Below, piece after piece: positions 20,101 to 28,762 of a DNA stretch of 64,000 nucleotides; the first letter of the stretch is position 1, and every line of letters begins with the position of its first letter. The notes below the pieces were generated by a model that worked only from the letters and a program-made list of their open reading frames with translations, made no database searches and had not been told where the DNA came from. The DNA lies in NCBI GenBank assembly GCA_964538835.1, contig CAZIGZ010000008.1:21788-85787 (forward strand), written 5' to 3'. Position numbers and translations under genes: made by a program. The DNA is from an uncultured Chitinophaga sp. GTDB taxonomy: Bacteria; Planctomycetota; Planctomycetia; Planctomycetales; Planctomycetaceae.

Positions 20101-20668
20101 CAATCTCCTCTGCAGACTTGCCACTGGCGGTCTCAGTGCTGGTTTCACCGCCCGGCTCCTGTGAAGGCGTCGGTGCGGAGTCTCCAGACGCTGCAGGAGG
20201 TGCTGGCGATGTCACCGGGGCCACTGGCATTTCAGGCTTCGCCGTATCAGGGCTTGCAGACTCCTGGGTACCGTCCTGTTTTGGCATGGAATCCGTTGAA
20301 GGGGCCGGCGAAGTTGTATCCTCGGGTTTGGAATCTCCTTCTGGCACCGGTTTCCCTTCCGGCTCGGGCGAACCAGGTGCGTCGGTCGTCGACGCGCTGG
20401 CTTCTGCCGCCGGAGGTGTGGCTTGCGCGTCCGGAGCTTCACCCGTTGGGGCAGCTGCCTGTCCTTCGGCTGTCTCCGTTTTGGTTTCCGCAGGTGATTC
20501 CGGAGTGGCAGCCGGATCGGCCGCACTGGCTTTTGCATCAGCCAGTCGCTTCTGAATATCTGAAGGCGGAGCAGAGAAATCTTCACCACCGCAGCCAATG
20601 CAGGCCACGATGATCAGCGGCGTGATGAGCCAGGAACTGCGTGGAATCATTTTCACTGAGATTAACAT
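17138..20668 (-). CDS. Large secreted lipoprotein with WD40 / beta-propeller repeats
   Basis: Signal peptide plus lipobox (MIPRSSWLITPLIIVACIGCGG; alternative ATG at 20650). About 185 aa of P/A/T/S/E-rich linker. WD-like repeats, e.g. GPVSGMSFSGNGKYLLSSGEDNRLKSW. Confidence 0.7.
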   Translation of the reverse strand: MLISVKMIPRSSWLITPLIIVACIGCGGEDFSAPPSDIQKRLADAKASAADPAATPESPAETKTETAEGQAAAPTGEAPDAQATPPAAEASASTTDAPGSPEPEGKPVPEGDSKPEDTTSPAPSTDSMPKQDGTQESASPDTAKPEMPVAPVTSPAPPAASGDSAPTPSQEPGGETSTETASGKSAEEIEKKKEENSEQGVMGNAGGLLAALKGSTPDTAAANPEAPAALTRFGRTAISAPQWLQLVSKLTRKFFASSTPGATRLIGSSGERSAGVLTTQIDYLPVRPDEVILVTPPEPVMQSIESLPGLINAVELSSDGTKALFGTTDGRLLVRSTAGMAELDLYARDFFLFQEERRAVARLSDEAIVAIRCFPNGKVLTVDGNSLCALWNFADIVREPEDIQAVTPEKAKSAEGESFKPVAQTTVQLAGFRILSISYSSERQLAAVVTSAEEVVILNTETGAVVATLKAEQFANTQPVCIEFYEGRPEIFAGLADGRIIRRSFGEGAESVKGADDQGNPVDYDTVFVPEVEDTRGAITCLKHFPGSTVLYAGSLEGFIGRINTQEKKIEVSSQRHQGPVYEILLSKAGVVSFGMDRKVLLFDMPYAAGRTGEGYERTYQLPIDESIAEVAEDPAQTTPQAGKSTRPVRKVTPVAVVPDQSLINLRPSDPVLALREHQLRTVKSDRSMPVRIELLKHVGNGTRAQQLSQPEPDAESGIVQKQYEIPTEFNYSISPWQRVLLHLSDDGMTAIALHRQGDLPAPPLDRAEAITAWDLPTGTVLRRWTQPGQFRQLGVYFDRAAVYSSTGDAQLSLMTGRFASEPQSRHTSFAVVPDGRSIVFGEFGLPGQLGKTLKKLDPTTGDISAGLELFEAAVTAMTYSTDGKSLYVSVRERDLVRLLELDPVTFQLKSELLKESVAGKLDEAQRNTTDQIPGATVMQFSPSGNLMAVYGNYGGTKQLRILKKIKDKWPLDQAIVISASDAALDFEITSRPFIFVSGQDNRIALLTKTGILIVNLKKGTVEFSQAIPDFQGHRPVVEFSPDGNWALAGDAEGVIWAMDLRVPVRKPRQFPAHTGPVSGMSFSGNGKYLLSSGEDNRLKSWRMDGFFAEVKKESSKPEAKEPKGQQKDDRDSKAKKQNQPAAESKSVSVIADEPVRVDEPVRVDAPASVNEPASE
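17174..17213. repeat. Perfect 18-bp tandem repeat (2.2 copies) inside the 3' end of the lipoprotein gene
   Basis: gtcaaccctgacaggctc occurs at 17174-17191 and 17192-17209, then gtca. It encodes the DEPVRV DEPVRV hexapeptides. Confidence 0.9.
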
Positions 20669-20704
20669 TCTATTTTCCTGCCGAACATCTGACCTGAGAC
20701 TGGC

Positions 20705-22195
20705 TCATTCTCGTTCTCGATCACCAACCTCATCGATTTTCTTCTTCATTTCATCAGGCTTGTTAACGAAACTCCATACGGCAAGCGAGGATACAACCAC
20801 GACTACCAAGAGCCCGATTCCCAGCCAAAGGATCTGTCGCCGAGAAAACCTCACACCAAAAACCTCTTCACCCAAAACCAGGTCATCCGACGCACTGGAA
20901 CTGGACGAACCGGAAGCACTGGAATCCGGCAGCTGAAAGAGTGACTTAAGATCCTGAGAAATCTGCAGACGAATTCCACACTGGATACATCGCCCCCGAC
21001 GCCCCCGATGTTCAGACCGAAGTCGAAGCTCCTTCCGGCACGAAGGGCAGTGGGCAACGTGAAAATCGCCAGAGGTTGACGCTGACTTTGGTCGCTGAGT
21101 GTTCTGAGCACCAGCTTCTCTTGAGCGGACTCGAGGAGGCAGGGGGCGAGAAACTTCGTCTTCTCCATACTCGGAGTACGAATCCGTGTATGCGGCCTCT
21201 CCAGTGTCGTCCGACAAAGCATTGATCGTCGAATTCGCGTTTCCCCGAGAGGGCGGCTTGGGGGCAGGTTGACGAGTGAGCCCGTCCACCACTGCTTCCG
21301 CAAACTCCAGACATGTTGCAAATCTCTGACCGGGGTTCTTTGAGACGGCTCTGGCGACCGCCAGTGCCATCGCTTCCGGAACCGTCTTTCGAACCTGATT
21401 GAGAAGCGGTAGTTCTCGGCGAGTCTGATTGACCATGGTGGCTGACGGGGACTTCCCCTGCATTGGCGGAACACCAATCAACGCGTGGTACAGAGTCAGC
21501 GCCAGCGAATACTGATCGGCTCGACCGTCGTACGAATGCCCCAGCACAATCTCCGGGGCCACATAATTCGGGGTTCCCACGACCATCCCAGCCGCCGTCG
21601 CATGAGCATCATCCGCATCCGGATCCGCATGCATAATGCGAGTCAGGCCGAAGTCACTCAGAAATGCATGACCATGATCGTCAAAGAGAATATTCGCAGG
21701 CTTGACATCACGGTGAATGACCTGCCTTGAGTGAGCAAAATCCAGAGCTTTCGCAACCTCCGGTAACCAGCCGCGGACTGACACAATTGGCATAGCCGCC
21801 TGCTGTGGCGTCGCTCCCTGCATCTTGTCGGAAAGACATCCTCCAGAGAGGTACTGCATCACAATATACGGCACATTCTGATGCAGACCAATATCCAGAA
21901 TCCGAACAATATGTGGATGTTGAAGCTGCACCAGCAGCCGGCTCTCACGGTGAAACCGCTCTCTCAGCCCCGGATCTGCCAGCTTGGCCTTCTTTGGAAC
22001 CTTGACGACAACTTCCGTTTCCAGGCTATGATCAAACGCCCGGTAGACGATAGCCATACTGCCTGCACCAATCCTGGCCACGACCTTGAACCGATCTGCG
22101 GACAGAGATGCTCCCACTAAAAATTCGGGATCGATCACCCCCGCAGACATTGGCTGGAACCTCCTCTTGACTGACATCGCAAAATCGCGAGCCAT
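20705..22195 (-). CDS. Hanks-type Ser/Thr protein kinase with C-terminal zinc ribbon and TM anchor
   Basis: GAGSMAIVYRA, HRDVKPANILF, DFGLT and GTPNYVAPE. Then HCPSCRKEL...CIQCG, and the C-terminal TM ILWLGIGLLVVVVVSSLAVW. Confidence 0.9.
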   Translation of the reverse strand: MARDFAMSVKRRFQPMSAGVIDPEFLVGASLSADRFKVVARIGAGSMAIVYRAFDHSLETEVVVKVPKKAKLADPGLRERFHRESRLLVQLQHPHIVRILDIGLHQNVPYIVMQYLSGGCLSDKMQGATPQQAAMPIVSVRGWLPEVAKALDFAHSRQVIHRDVKPANILFDDHGHAFLSDFGLTRIMHADPDADDAHATAAGMVVGTPNYVAPEIVLGHSYDGRADQYSLALTLYHALIGVPPMQGKSPSATMVNQTRRELPLLNQVRKTVPEAMALAVARAVSKNPGQRFATCLEFAEAVVDGLTRQPAPKPPSRGNANSTINALSDDTGEAAYTDSYSEYGEDEVSRPLPPRVRSREAGAQNTQRPKSASTSGDFHVAHCPSCRKELRLRSEHRGRRGRCIQCGIRLQISQDLKSLFQLPDSSASGSSSSSASDDLVLGEEVFGVRFSRRQILWLGIGLLVVVVVSSLAVWSFVNKPDEMKKKIDEVGDRERE

Positions 22196-22756
22196 CGGAT
22201 CTGTGAAACAATTGAAACAACGGATTCGAAAGATCCAAAATTCGAATGATACCCTGCTTCCATGAGGAGAGCGTGAAGCGTTACTGCGAATATTCTGTTA
22301 AGCTCGCCAGCTGAAAATTCACACTTTCTTCTTTTCTCATTCGCAATCGCCTCACGTCCGCCTGATACCATCATAAATGGAAAGCTGGCGAATGCGTCTC
22401 AAACGACTGCGCCGGTGAGGGGTCATTTTCGAGAATCACGGCAGGTTCTATCCCTAACTGACGTATCGGGTTATGACAACTCCCTGCTTCAACGAACTGC
22501 CAAAGCAAAAAAGTATTACAAGCACCGGTTCAGCCCACTTCCCGCTGAGATTCGCGAATCTTCCAGGAGTGGATCATCAGCCGCAGGATGCTGATGCACA
22601 CGTTTCGCAGGATGCTCAAAGCAATCGGTCAGAATCGCGATTCACCCTTGAGCTACCGGGCTATCATGGGCGAATTGCAGACGCCGAATTCTCTGCTTTT
22701 TGGCTGATGATGCTGAACCGGTGGAGGTCTTGCGAATTTGTCGAAATGGTGGTTTC

Positions 22757-24223
22757 ATGACCTTCGAGTTTTTACCGGGGCATGATCTGATCAAGACTGT
22801 TGTTTTGGTGGATCATCCCGCCATCACAAAGCCAGTCGGAGACTTCCTGCGATCATTGGGCTACACCGTCCATGAGGCGTCGAACGGGGGGCAGGCACGC
22901 GGATTTGTCAGTCGACACAAACCGGAATTCATCATTACGGAATTACTGCTGCCGCTGGAATCGGGATTCGAACTCTGCGCTTTCTTCAAAAAGAGCGAGT
23001 GCCATATTCCCGTGATGATCCTGACCGAGGTTCGGCTGGAAGAAGCTCGCAATGTCGCCATGTGGTCGGGCGCGGATGCATTCCTCACAAAGCCCACCGA
23101 CCCTGATCGGCTGTATCGCCAGATGATCGCTGCGGCACAGACAGTCAGTTACCGAGTCCGAGCTGCACAAAACGGTCTCGCAGGATCGATCTCGTTCCGT
23201 TGCAAATGCGGCAGGGCGATCAAGGTCGGTGCGAAGAATGCCGGAAAGGCGATCATCTGCCCCGGGTGCCGACATCTTGCCAAGTGTCCCGAGTCCATGC
23301 TGGATTCCGGAACGCTCTTCAAGTCGCTGATGGAGGAACGAAGAGGGCTGCAGTCCACTCATGCCGGCATCGTCTGTCCCCATTGCCGGAAGGTCGTTGA
23401 CCCGTCGCTTTGCCGTGTTCGGGACCACTACGAGTGCACGCATTGCAGTCGACAGATTCGGATTTCGGCCGACTTTGTGGAGCAGTGGCAATTGTTCTTC
23501 GGCGACCAGCAGACCGCTCCACCGGTCATGGAGTTTGATCCGCTGCGAAATGTCTACGTGCAGTGCGAGTCCTGCAAGACGCTGCACAAGTACTTCCGGG
23601 ACCAGGACCATCCGCAGGCCTGTCCGTCCTGCAAGCATCAGCAGTCTTTGTCATCGATCCGAGGACTTCCGGTTTCCCGTGCCGCCCTCAACAGCACGGC
23701 ACGGCTGTTTGAATTCCGTCTGCCGGACGGTCGCACGAAACTGTTTTTGCTTCCGTCACGAGGGAAGTGGTTGATCGGCAGCGCTCCGGATCTGCCGCTG
23801 GCACTTCAAAACATGCCAATACTCCCAAAACACTGCTTCCTCAGAAACAAAGCCTCCGGTCCTGTGATTCACCCGATGTCGAGTGAGGCAGTCATTACGG
23901 TCAACACAGTGCGCATCACCGAGGAAACAACACTTCAGCCGGGCGACCATATTCAGCTTGGTTCATCCGTACAGTTGATCCTGCACGGAACACCCCCCAA
24001 ACAGCTAAAGCGGAACCTTTCAAGCGTGCTGACAGATATTTCCGATCGCCAGCAGGCCACGGGTGAGCTCCAGTTCGCAGAATCCGGTGCCAAGATCCTG
24101 CAGTATCACTGGGAACTCGAACGCCTTCGCTGGATCGAACACCTCAAACAACAACGCGAATCCGCCGCCAGCGAATCCAGCCTTATTCACCACATATTGC
24201 CCGAAGATCTGCATGCCACGTGA
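22757..24223 (+). CDS. Degenerate receiver domain + three zinc ribbons + FHA domain protein
   Basis: CheY-like fold (VVLVDHP...FIITELLLP...VMILTE...FLTKP). Three CxxC...CxxC ribbons. The C-terminal FHA-like region is WLIGSAPDLPLALQN...LRNKASGPVIHP...VNTVRI...LQPGDHIQLGS. ATG 22757 is preferred over 22700. Confidence 0.75.
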   Translation: MTFEFLPGHDLIKTVVLVDHPAITKPVGDFLRSLGYTVHEASNGGQARGFVSRHKPEFIITELLLPLESGFELCAFFKKSECHIPVMILTEVRLEEARNVAMWSGADAFLTKPTDPDRLYRQMIAAAQTVSYRVRAAQNGLAGSISFRCKCGRAIKVGAKNAGKAIICPGCRHLAKCPESMLDSGTLFKSLMEERRGLQSTHAGIVCPHCRKVVDPSLCRVRDHYECTHCSRQIRISADFVEQWQLFFGDQQTAPPVMEFDPLRNVYVQCESCKTLHKYFRDQDHPQACPSCKHQQSLSSIRGLPVSRAALNSTARLFEFRLPDGRTKLFLLPSRGKWLIGSAPDLPLALQNMPILPKHCFLRNKASGPVIHPMSSEAVITVNTVRITEETTLQPGDHIQLGSSVQLILHGTPPKQLKRNLSSVLTDISDRQQATGELQFAESGAKILQYHWELERLRWIEHLKQQRESAASESSLIHHILPEDLHAT

Positions 24224-24228
24224 TGGCC

Positions 24229-24711
24229 TTACCAGAGCTTCGTTCGCAGAACTTTCAACACGATGCTTTTATTGTTGAAGTCGAGGAATGTTGGGATTTC
24301 CGCCGGAACCGCGGATCCGCCCATTCGGCGGGCTGTCTTCAATAGATCGGCAATACGTGAGACCGGATACATTAGAGAAATCTCACTCAGTGGTATCGCT
24401 GTCAGCGGAATTGTCCCCTCCTCATGATCTTCCGCTGCTTCGTCTTCACCATTGACATGGCGCATCACCACATCCTGAAGAAAGTCATTGAAGTCAGCAA
24501 TCTTTGTCCGACGCGAGTGAATCTCATCCATCCTCAAATCCGCAAGTCGCATGTTCAGCAGCACCATTGACGACTGCAGTGTTTCATTGATCGCGAGATT
24601 GAAGTATCCAAGACACGCATACCCACTCTTCAGCAGGCATGCGACGGGAAGATACTCATGCTGTGTTGACTCACTGCCTACCAAAAGCTTTAGCACATCT
24701 TCACGTTCCAT
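24229..24711 (-). CDS. Hypothetical protein
   Basis: 160-aa ORF, last gene of the minus-strand array. No recognisable motif. Confidence 0.45.
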   Translation of the reverse strand: MEREDVLKLLVGSESTQHEYLPVACLLKSGYACLGYFNLAINETLQSSMVLLNMRLADLRMDEIHSRRTKIADFNDFLQDVVMRHVNGEDEAAEDHEEGTIPLTAIPLSEISLMYPVSRIADLLKTARRMGGSAVPAEIPTFLDFNNKSIVLKVLRTKLW

Positions 24712-24954
24712 CTCAATCCCCCCATCTTCTCAGAAATGCCCCGCGTTCCCCGGATCATCGTACTGCACATCACTGTACAGCCTCAATATGAAGGACTCGT
24801 GAACTGAACTGTTGAGTGGAGCGGATTTCAGACCCGCAAATACGTCTGCATCGAAGAAATAAGGCCAAGGCCCGAACAACAGAAACCCAGCGATTAGAGG
24901 CAAGATTTCGCGGTGTCTGGAATGCCAGAACACTAAAGTCGATCTGTCCCAACA

Positions 24955-25731
24955 CTATCTCGCGGGGCTCCTCTCCCGAAAGATCTTCGATCGATAAATT
25001 CGAAGCCGACTCAGCCAGAACTGCATCATGACCCACAGAGTCAGCAGACCATACCTCACACTGCGCCGAAAGTTGATACTGGACGCTTCGTCAAAGTAGC
25101 GAACGGGGACAGGAATGTCTCCCAGGCGAAATCCAAAGTGCACAGCCTGGGCTAGGAACTGGGTGTCGAACACAAAATCGTCCGAATTGCGTTCCCAGGG
25201 GATCTTTTCAAGTACCTCGCGACGGTAGGCTCGAAAACCACTGTGGAAATCGCCCAGATTCTGTCCCAGGACAATATTTTCAAAGATCGTCAAACACCGG
25301 TTGGCAAGATACTTCCAGCCTGGCATTCCCCCTTCGAGGGCCTCGCGGCGGGTCCGAATTCGCGAACCCAGAATCACGTCACAGTTTCCCAGTCGAATCA
25401 ACTCTGCTGCCAGAGGAATGACGCGGCTGTCGTATTGATAGTCCGGATGAATCATCACGACGATGTCCGCACCACGATCCAGAGCTGTCCGGTAGCAGGT
25501 TTTCTGGTTCCCACCATACCCCGTGTTCTTCTCGTGCTGAATAACAGTCAGCCCCAGGGACCGTGCAACCTCCACCGTTCGATCCCGACTGCAGTCGTCG
25601 ACAAGAATGATCTCCTCGACACTTCCTGGAGGAATATCCGCAAGTGTACGTGCGAGCGTCGCCTCAGCGTTATAGGCGGGCATGACAGCAATGGCTGACC
25701 CCGTTGGCCGTCGTGTTACGTCTCTCAGCAT
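24955..25731 (-). CDS. GT2 glycosyltransferase, Dpm1/GtrB-like (polyprenyl-phosphate sugar synthase type)
   Basis: [15 protein letters not shown]...[14 protein letters not shown]...[10 protein letters not shown]...MIHPDYQYD. Short soluble GT-A. Overlaps the upstream methyltransferase by 7 nt. Confidence 0.8.
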   Translation of the reverse strand: MLRDVTRRPTGSAIAVMPAYNAEATLARTLADIPPGSVEEIILVDDCSRDRTVEVARSLGLTVIQHEKNTGYGGNQKTCYRTALDRGADIVVMIHPDYQYDSRVIPLAAELIRLGNCDVILGSRIRTRREALEGGMPGWKYLANRCLTIFENIVLGQNLGDFHSGFRAYRREVLEKIPWERNSDDFVFDTQFLAQAVHFGFRLGDIPVPVRYFDEASSINFRRSVRYGLLTLWVMMQFWLSRLRIYRSKIFRERSPAR

Positions 25732-26927
25732 TCGAGGCGATCTTCAGGCGACAAGGCACTGTGTTTGTCAACACGTGCAATGAACGAGATCGTTCCGCCC
25801 TGTCGAAAAACTGCCTCAAGGACAGCCATGAGCAGAGCGACTGGACTCCCTGCAAAGTAGGCAAGCCATGACAGCACATTGCCCAGGCTGTTGCATTTCT
25901 CTCTGCTTTTTGTCCCGGCACGCTTCAGTTGAGAATAAAGCGCGTTACGCGGAAGGACGCCGAGCATATTCAGGCAACTCTGGAGCCAGCCAAAAGGATT
26001 CTGCCGTAAGGAAAAGTGGCATTCACGTTCCGGCTGAAATCCACCTCGAGTCAACAATCGTCGCAAGCCAAACCTTGAGAAATGATGAAGGTGGCGCGGT
26101 GGGTCAAGATGAAACCAAAACCGGCCTGTAACTCGAGCCTGCCAACTGGAAAAATTCGGAACTGCAACAACCAGCAATCCTCCAGGTTTCAATATCCTCC
26201 TGATTTCTTCGAGAGTTCGATCAGGGTCAGGTAAATGCTCCAGTACGTGCCACAAAACTACCATGTCGAAAGAGTCATTAGAATACCCGGCATCTTCAAG
26301 AGTTGCTCCAATCGAAAGGCGTACTTCGGAGTGCAGTCCGCTGGCGGCCTGTTGTGACAACTCAAATCCATCACACGTGAAGCCACGTGCAAGGAGCGAT
26401 CGAAGCAATACTCCGCGCCCGCAACCAATATCAAGAACTCTCCCTCTGGCCGGAACCAGGCTGGCGAGAAATCGAGCTTGCCTTGCACCAACCAAACGAA
26501 CAGCCCACTCAGTTATGCCTTTGAATTTTCTGCCGGAATCACCGTAATACGAGTCAGGATAATAGGACTTAATCGTGTCCGGGGTCGGCATTGGCACAAG
26601 CCGGCCCGACTGGCAGGCAATGCAGACGAAAATCGATACCTCTGCCTGAGGAATTCCATACGCACGCTTCGCCAAAGTTCCGCCACAGCAAGGACACGAA
26701 CTGCTCCTGGGACTCAGCTCGCCATCGGCAATCGTGACATCCAGTTCAAATTCACCTGCCAAGTCAGGCTGACTCTTTACGGTCTCACACTTCTGGGTGG
26801 AGTCCAAAGCCTCGGCCTTGGATGAAACAAGAGCCTTGCTGGAAGTAAAACGGTCGACAACCGCCACATCCTCGCCAATACCAGTTTTCTTGATGCCCGT
26901 TGTCATGTCCCACCGGATAAATCGCAT
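25725..26927 (-). CDS. SAM-dependent methyltransferase with N-terminal zinc ribbon
   Basis: CPCCGG...CIACQSG ribbon, then [12 protein letters not shown] and [12 protein letters not shown] (Methyltransf_11/23-like). ATG 26927 is preferred over TTG 26933. Confidence 0.8.
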   Translation of the reverse strand: MRFIRWDMTTGIKKTGIGEDVAVVDRFTSSKALVSSKAEALDSTQKCETVKSQPDLAGEFELDVTIADGELSPRSSSCPCCGGTLAKRAYGIPQAEVSIFVCIACQSGRLVPMPTPDTIKSYYPDSYYGDSGRKFKGITEWAVRLVGARQARFLASLVPARGRVLDIGCGRGVLLRSLLARGFTCDGFELSQQAASGLHSEVRLSIGATLEDAGYSNDSFDMVVLWHVLEHLPDPDRTLEEIRRILKPGGLLVVAVPNFSSWQARVTGRFWFHLDPPRHLHHFSRFGLRRLLTRGGFQPERECHFSLRQNPFGWLQSCLNMLGVLPRNALYSQLKRAGTKSREKCNSLGNVLSWLAYFAGSPVALLMAVLEAVFRQGGTISFIARVDKHSALSPEDRLEC

Positions 26928-27025
26928 CTTCAACGATGCACAAACTGAAAGACCAAACCGTGACTCTTGAAATTATTGACGCGATTTGAAGAAATGAAGA
27001 AGGAGCCTCAAAATTCTGCCTCGAT

Positions 27026-28762
27026 CTAAGGCTGCTTCAGATGAGCATCGTGGAACAATTTTCGATTCTTCAGAAGCTGGTCATTCTCAGGCTCCCGTAA
27101 GAGGGCTTGATCCAGAATGTCGACAGCACGACCAAAATTGCCCAGTTGTGCTTCACAATTGGCGAGATTCCCAAGGGCTTCCACATTCGATGGATCGATC
27201 GTCAGCGCCTGCTCAAAGAGTCGTCTGGCTTCCGTCAGATCTCGATTGCGCATACAAAATCCCAGGTTGATAAGAGCACGATAATCCTCCGGCGTCTTCT
27301 CGACAGCCTGCCGAAGATACTCGACAGCTTCGTCTTCCCGGCCCTGATACAGAATGGCACTCCCAAGGGTTGTAAAGACCCTTCCTCTGGTCTGATTTTC
27401 CGGAAACGTCAGCGCCTTTCTGGCAACACGCTCGGCCTCAATCACGCGGTCTTCTACAAGCAGAGCTATTGCCAGCTGCTCATAGGCAAGGAAATTCTCG
27501 GGATCGACACGGATGCACTCCGTCCACAGGGAGATGCTGTTATTCCAGGCGGCAGCATATTGATATGCCAGAAAACCAAAGCTAGTGGCACCAAATAGAA
27601 AGAGAACAGTACACTCTTTCGTGCGAATCCAGGATTTGCTTTCAACAATTCTGCTGACTGCCAGAAACAATCCAATATGCGGAAAGTACATATATCGATC
27701 CGCTCGGGCCGCAGCTCCAAGTTGGATCAGACCGAGCACCGGAACAAGTGTACCCAGAAACCACAGCAGCCCAACGACAACACCGGGCACACGTCGGTAG
27801 CGGTAGCCAAGAATGATTACCACAATGACGACGGCACCGCACAAGGCCGTCTCTCCAGCAGAAACACCGTAGTAAGGATACCGGTAAAACGGGGAGAGCC
27901 GTATCGGCACTAACGACTGCAAAAGGTAGTAGCCCAGGCTCTGAACAGCATTCGCCAGACGCGTTGTCAGGGCAAGCTCAGAAAGTGATGAAACAGAACC
28001 TCCTGACAGTTGTGCCGAAAACGCCATGGCCAGGGCAGCAAATGAGATCAGAAAATAGAGAATGTGTGCGAAAAGGGATCGCACAGTTCTCCGCAGACTG
28101 AATCCGGATTCTCCGTCTCGCAGCGGAACGCAATCAAGCAGTACAAACAGAAAAGGCAGTGTCACAAGGAGTTGTTTGGAAAGCAGGCTGAGAGCGAAGA
28201 AAGAAAGGGAGAGTACCTTGCATATCATTCCTCCTCCCTGCCTCGCTTTCTCCCAGCTCAGGATTGAGGCCAGTCCGAAGAAGACCGCAAGAAGTCCTTT
28301 GCGCTCCGAGACCCAGCATACGGTTTCAACGTGCTGAGGGTGAATCCCGAACAGCAAACTGACCGCCACACAAAGGCTGATACTCTTCGTCCACTGGCCA
28401 ATTATCAGGCCAACGAGAATTGTGCTTGCCGTATGCAGGCAGAGGTTTGTGAAGTGCATGACAGAAGAATTGAGACCGAAGAAGTGGCTCTCCAGCATGT
28501 AGCTCAGCCAGGTCAGCGGCATCCAGTTGCTCACAGCGACTTCAGTAAATGCCCAGTGAAGCTTCTGGAATGAAATCCCTTGATTCACCTCCGGCCTGTG
28601 GGTAACGCAGTGCACATCATCCCAGTTCAGGAAGCTGGCCCACAGGTTTTGGATGTAGGGTATGGTCGTCACCACACTTACAATGAGCAAAGGCCAGATC
28701 AACGATACCGGCGCCAAATGCCTCGGGGCACTCGGCGTCGGTGCAGAGACTTGTCCGCTCAT
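27026..28762 (-). CDS. TMTC/DUF1736-like GT-C membrane glycosyltransferase fused to C-terminal TPR repeats (paralog 1)
   Basis: Multi-pass N-terminal domain with loop-1 FLNWDDV and HPQHVETVCWVSERKGLL. The C-terminal roughly 170 aa are TPR repeats. Start shares 1 nt with the upstream stop (TAATG). Confidence 0.75.
   Translation of the reverse strand: MSGQVSAPTPSAPRHLAPVSLIWPLLIVSVVTTIPYIQNLWASFLNWDDVHCVTHRPEVNQGISFQKLHWAFTEVAVSNWMPLTWLSYMLESHFFGLNSSVMHFTNLCLHTASTILVGLIIGQWTKSISLCVAVSLLFGIHPQHVETVCWVSERKGLLAVFFGLASILSWEKARQGGGMICKVLSLSFFALSLLSKQLLVTLPFLFVLLDCVPLRDGESGFSLRRTVRSLFAHILYFLISFAALAMAFSAQLSGGSVSSLSELALTTRLANAVQSLGYYLLQSLVPIRLSPFYRYPYYGVSAGETALCGAVVIVVIILGYRYRRVPGVVVGLLWFLGTLVPVLGLIQLGAAARADRYMYFPHIGLFLAVSRIVESKSWIRTKECTVLFLFGATSFGFLAYQYAAAWNNSISLWTECIRVDPENFLAYEQLAIALLVEDRVIEAERVARKALTFPENQTRGRVFTTLGSAILYQGREDEAVEYLRQAVEKTPEDYRALINLGFCMRNRDLTEARRLFEQALTIDPSNVEALGNLANCEAQLGNFGRAVDILDQALLREPENDQLLKNRKLFHDAHLKQP

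Noticed and set aside
19893-20555. 220-aa plus-strand ORF (also 20161-20613 and 20212-20598)
   Set aside because: It lies antisense or out of frame within the P/A/T/S/E-rich linker of the lipoprotein gene. The A/S/G-rich low-complexity translation is a compositional by-product, and the minus-strand frame carries the signal peptide and WD repeats.
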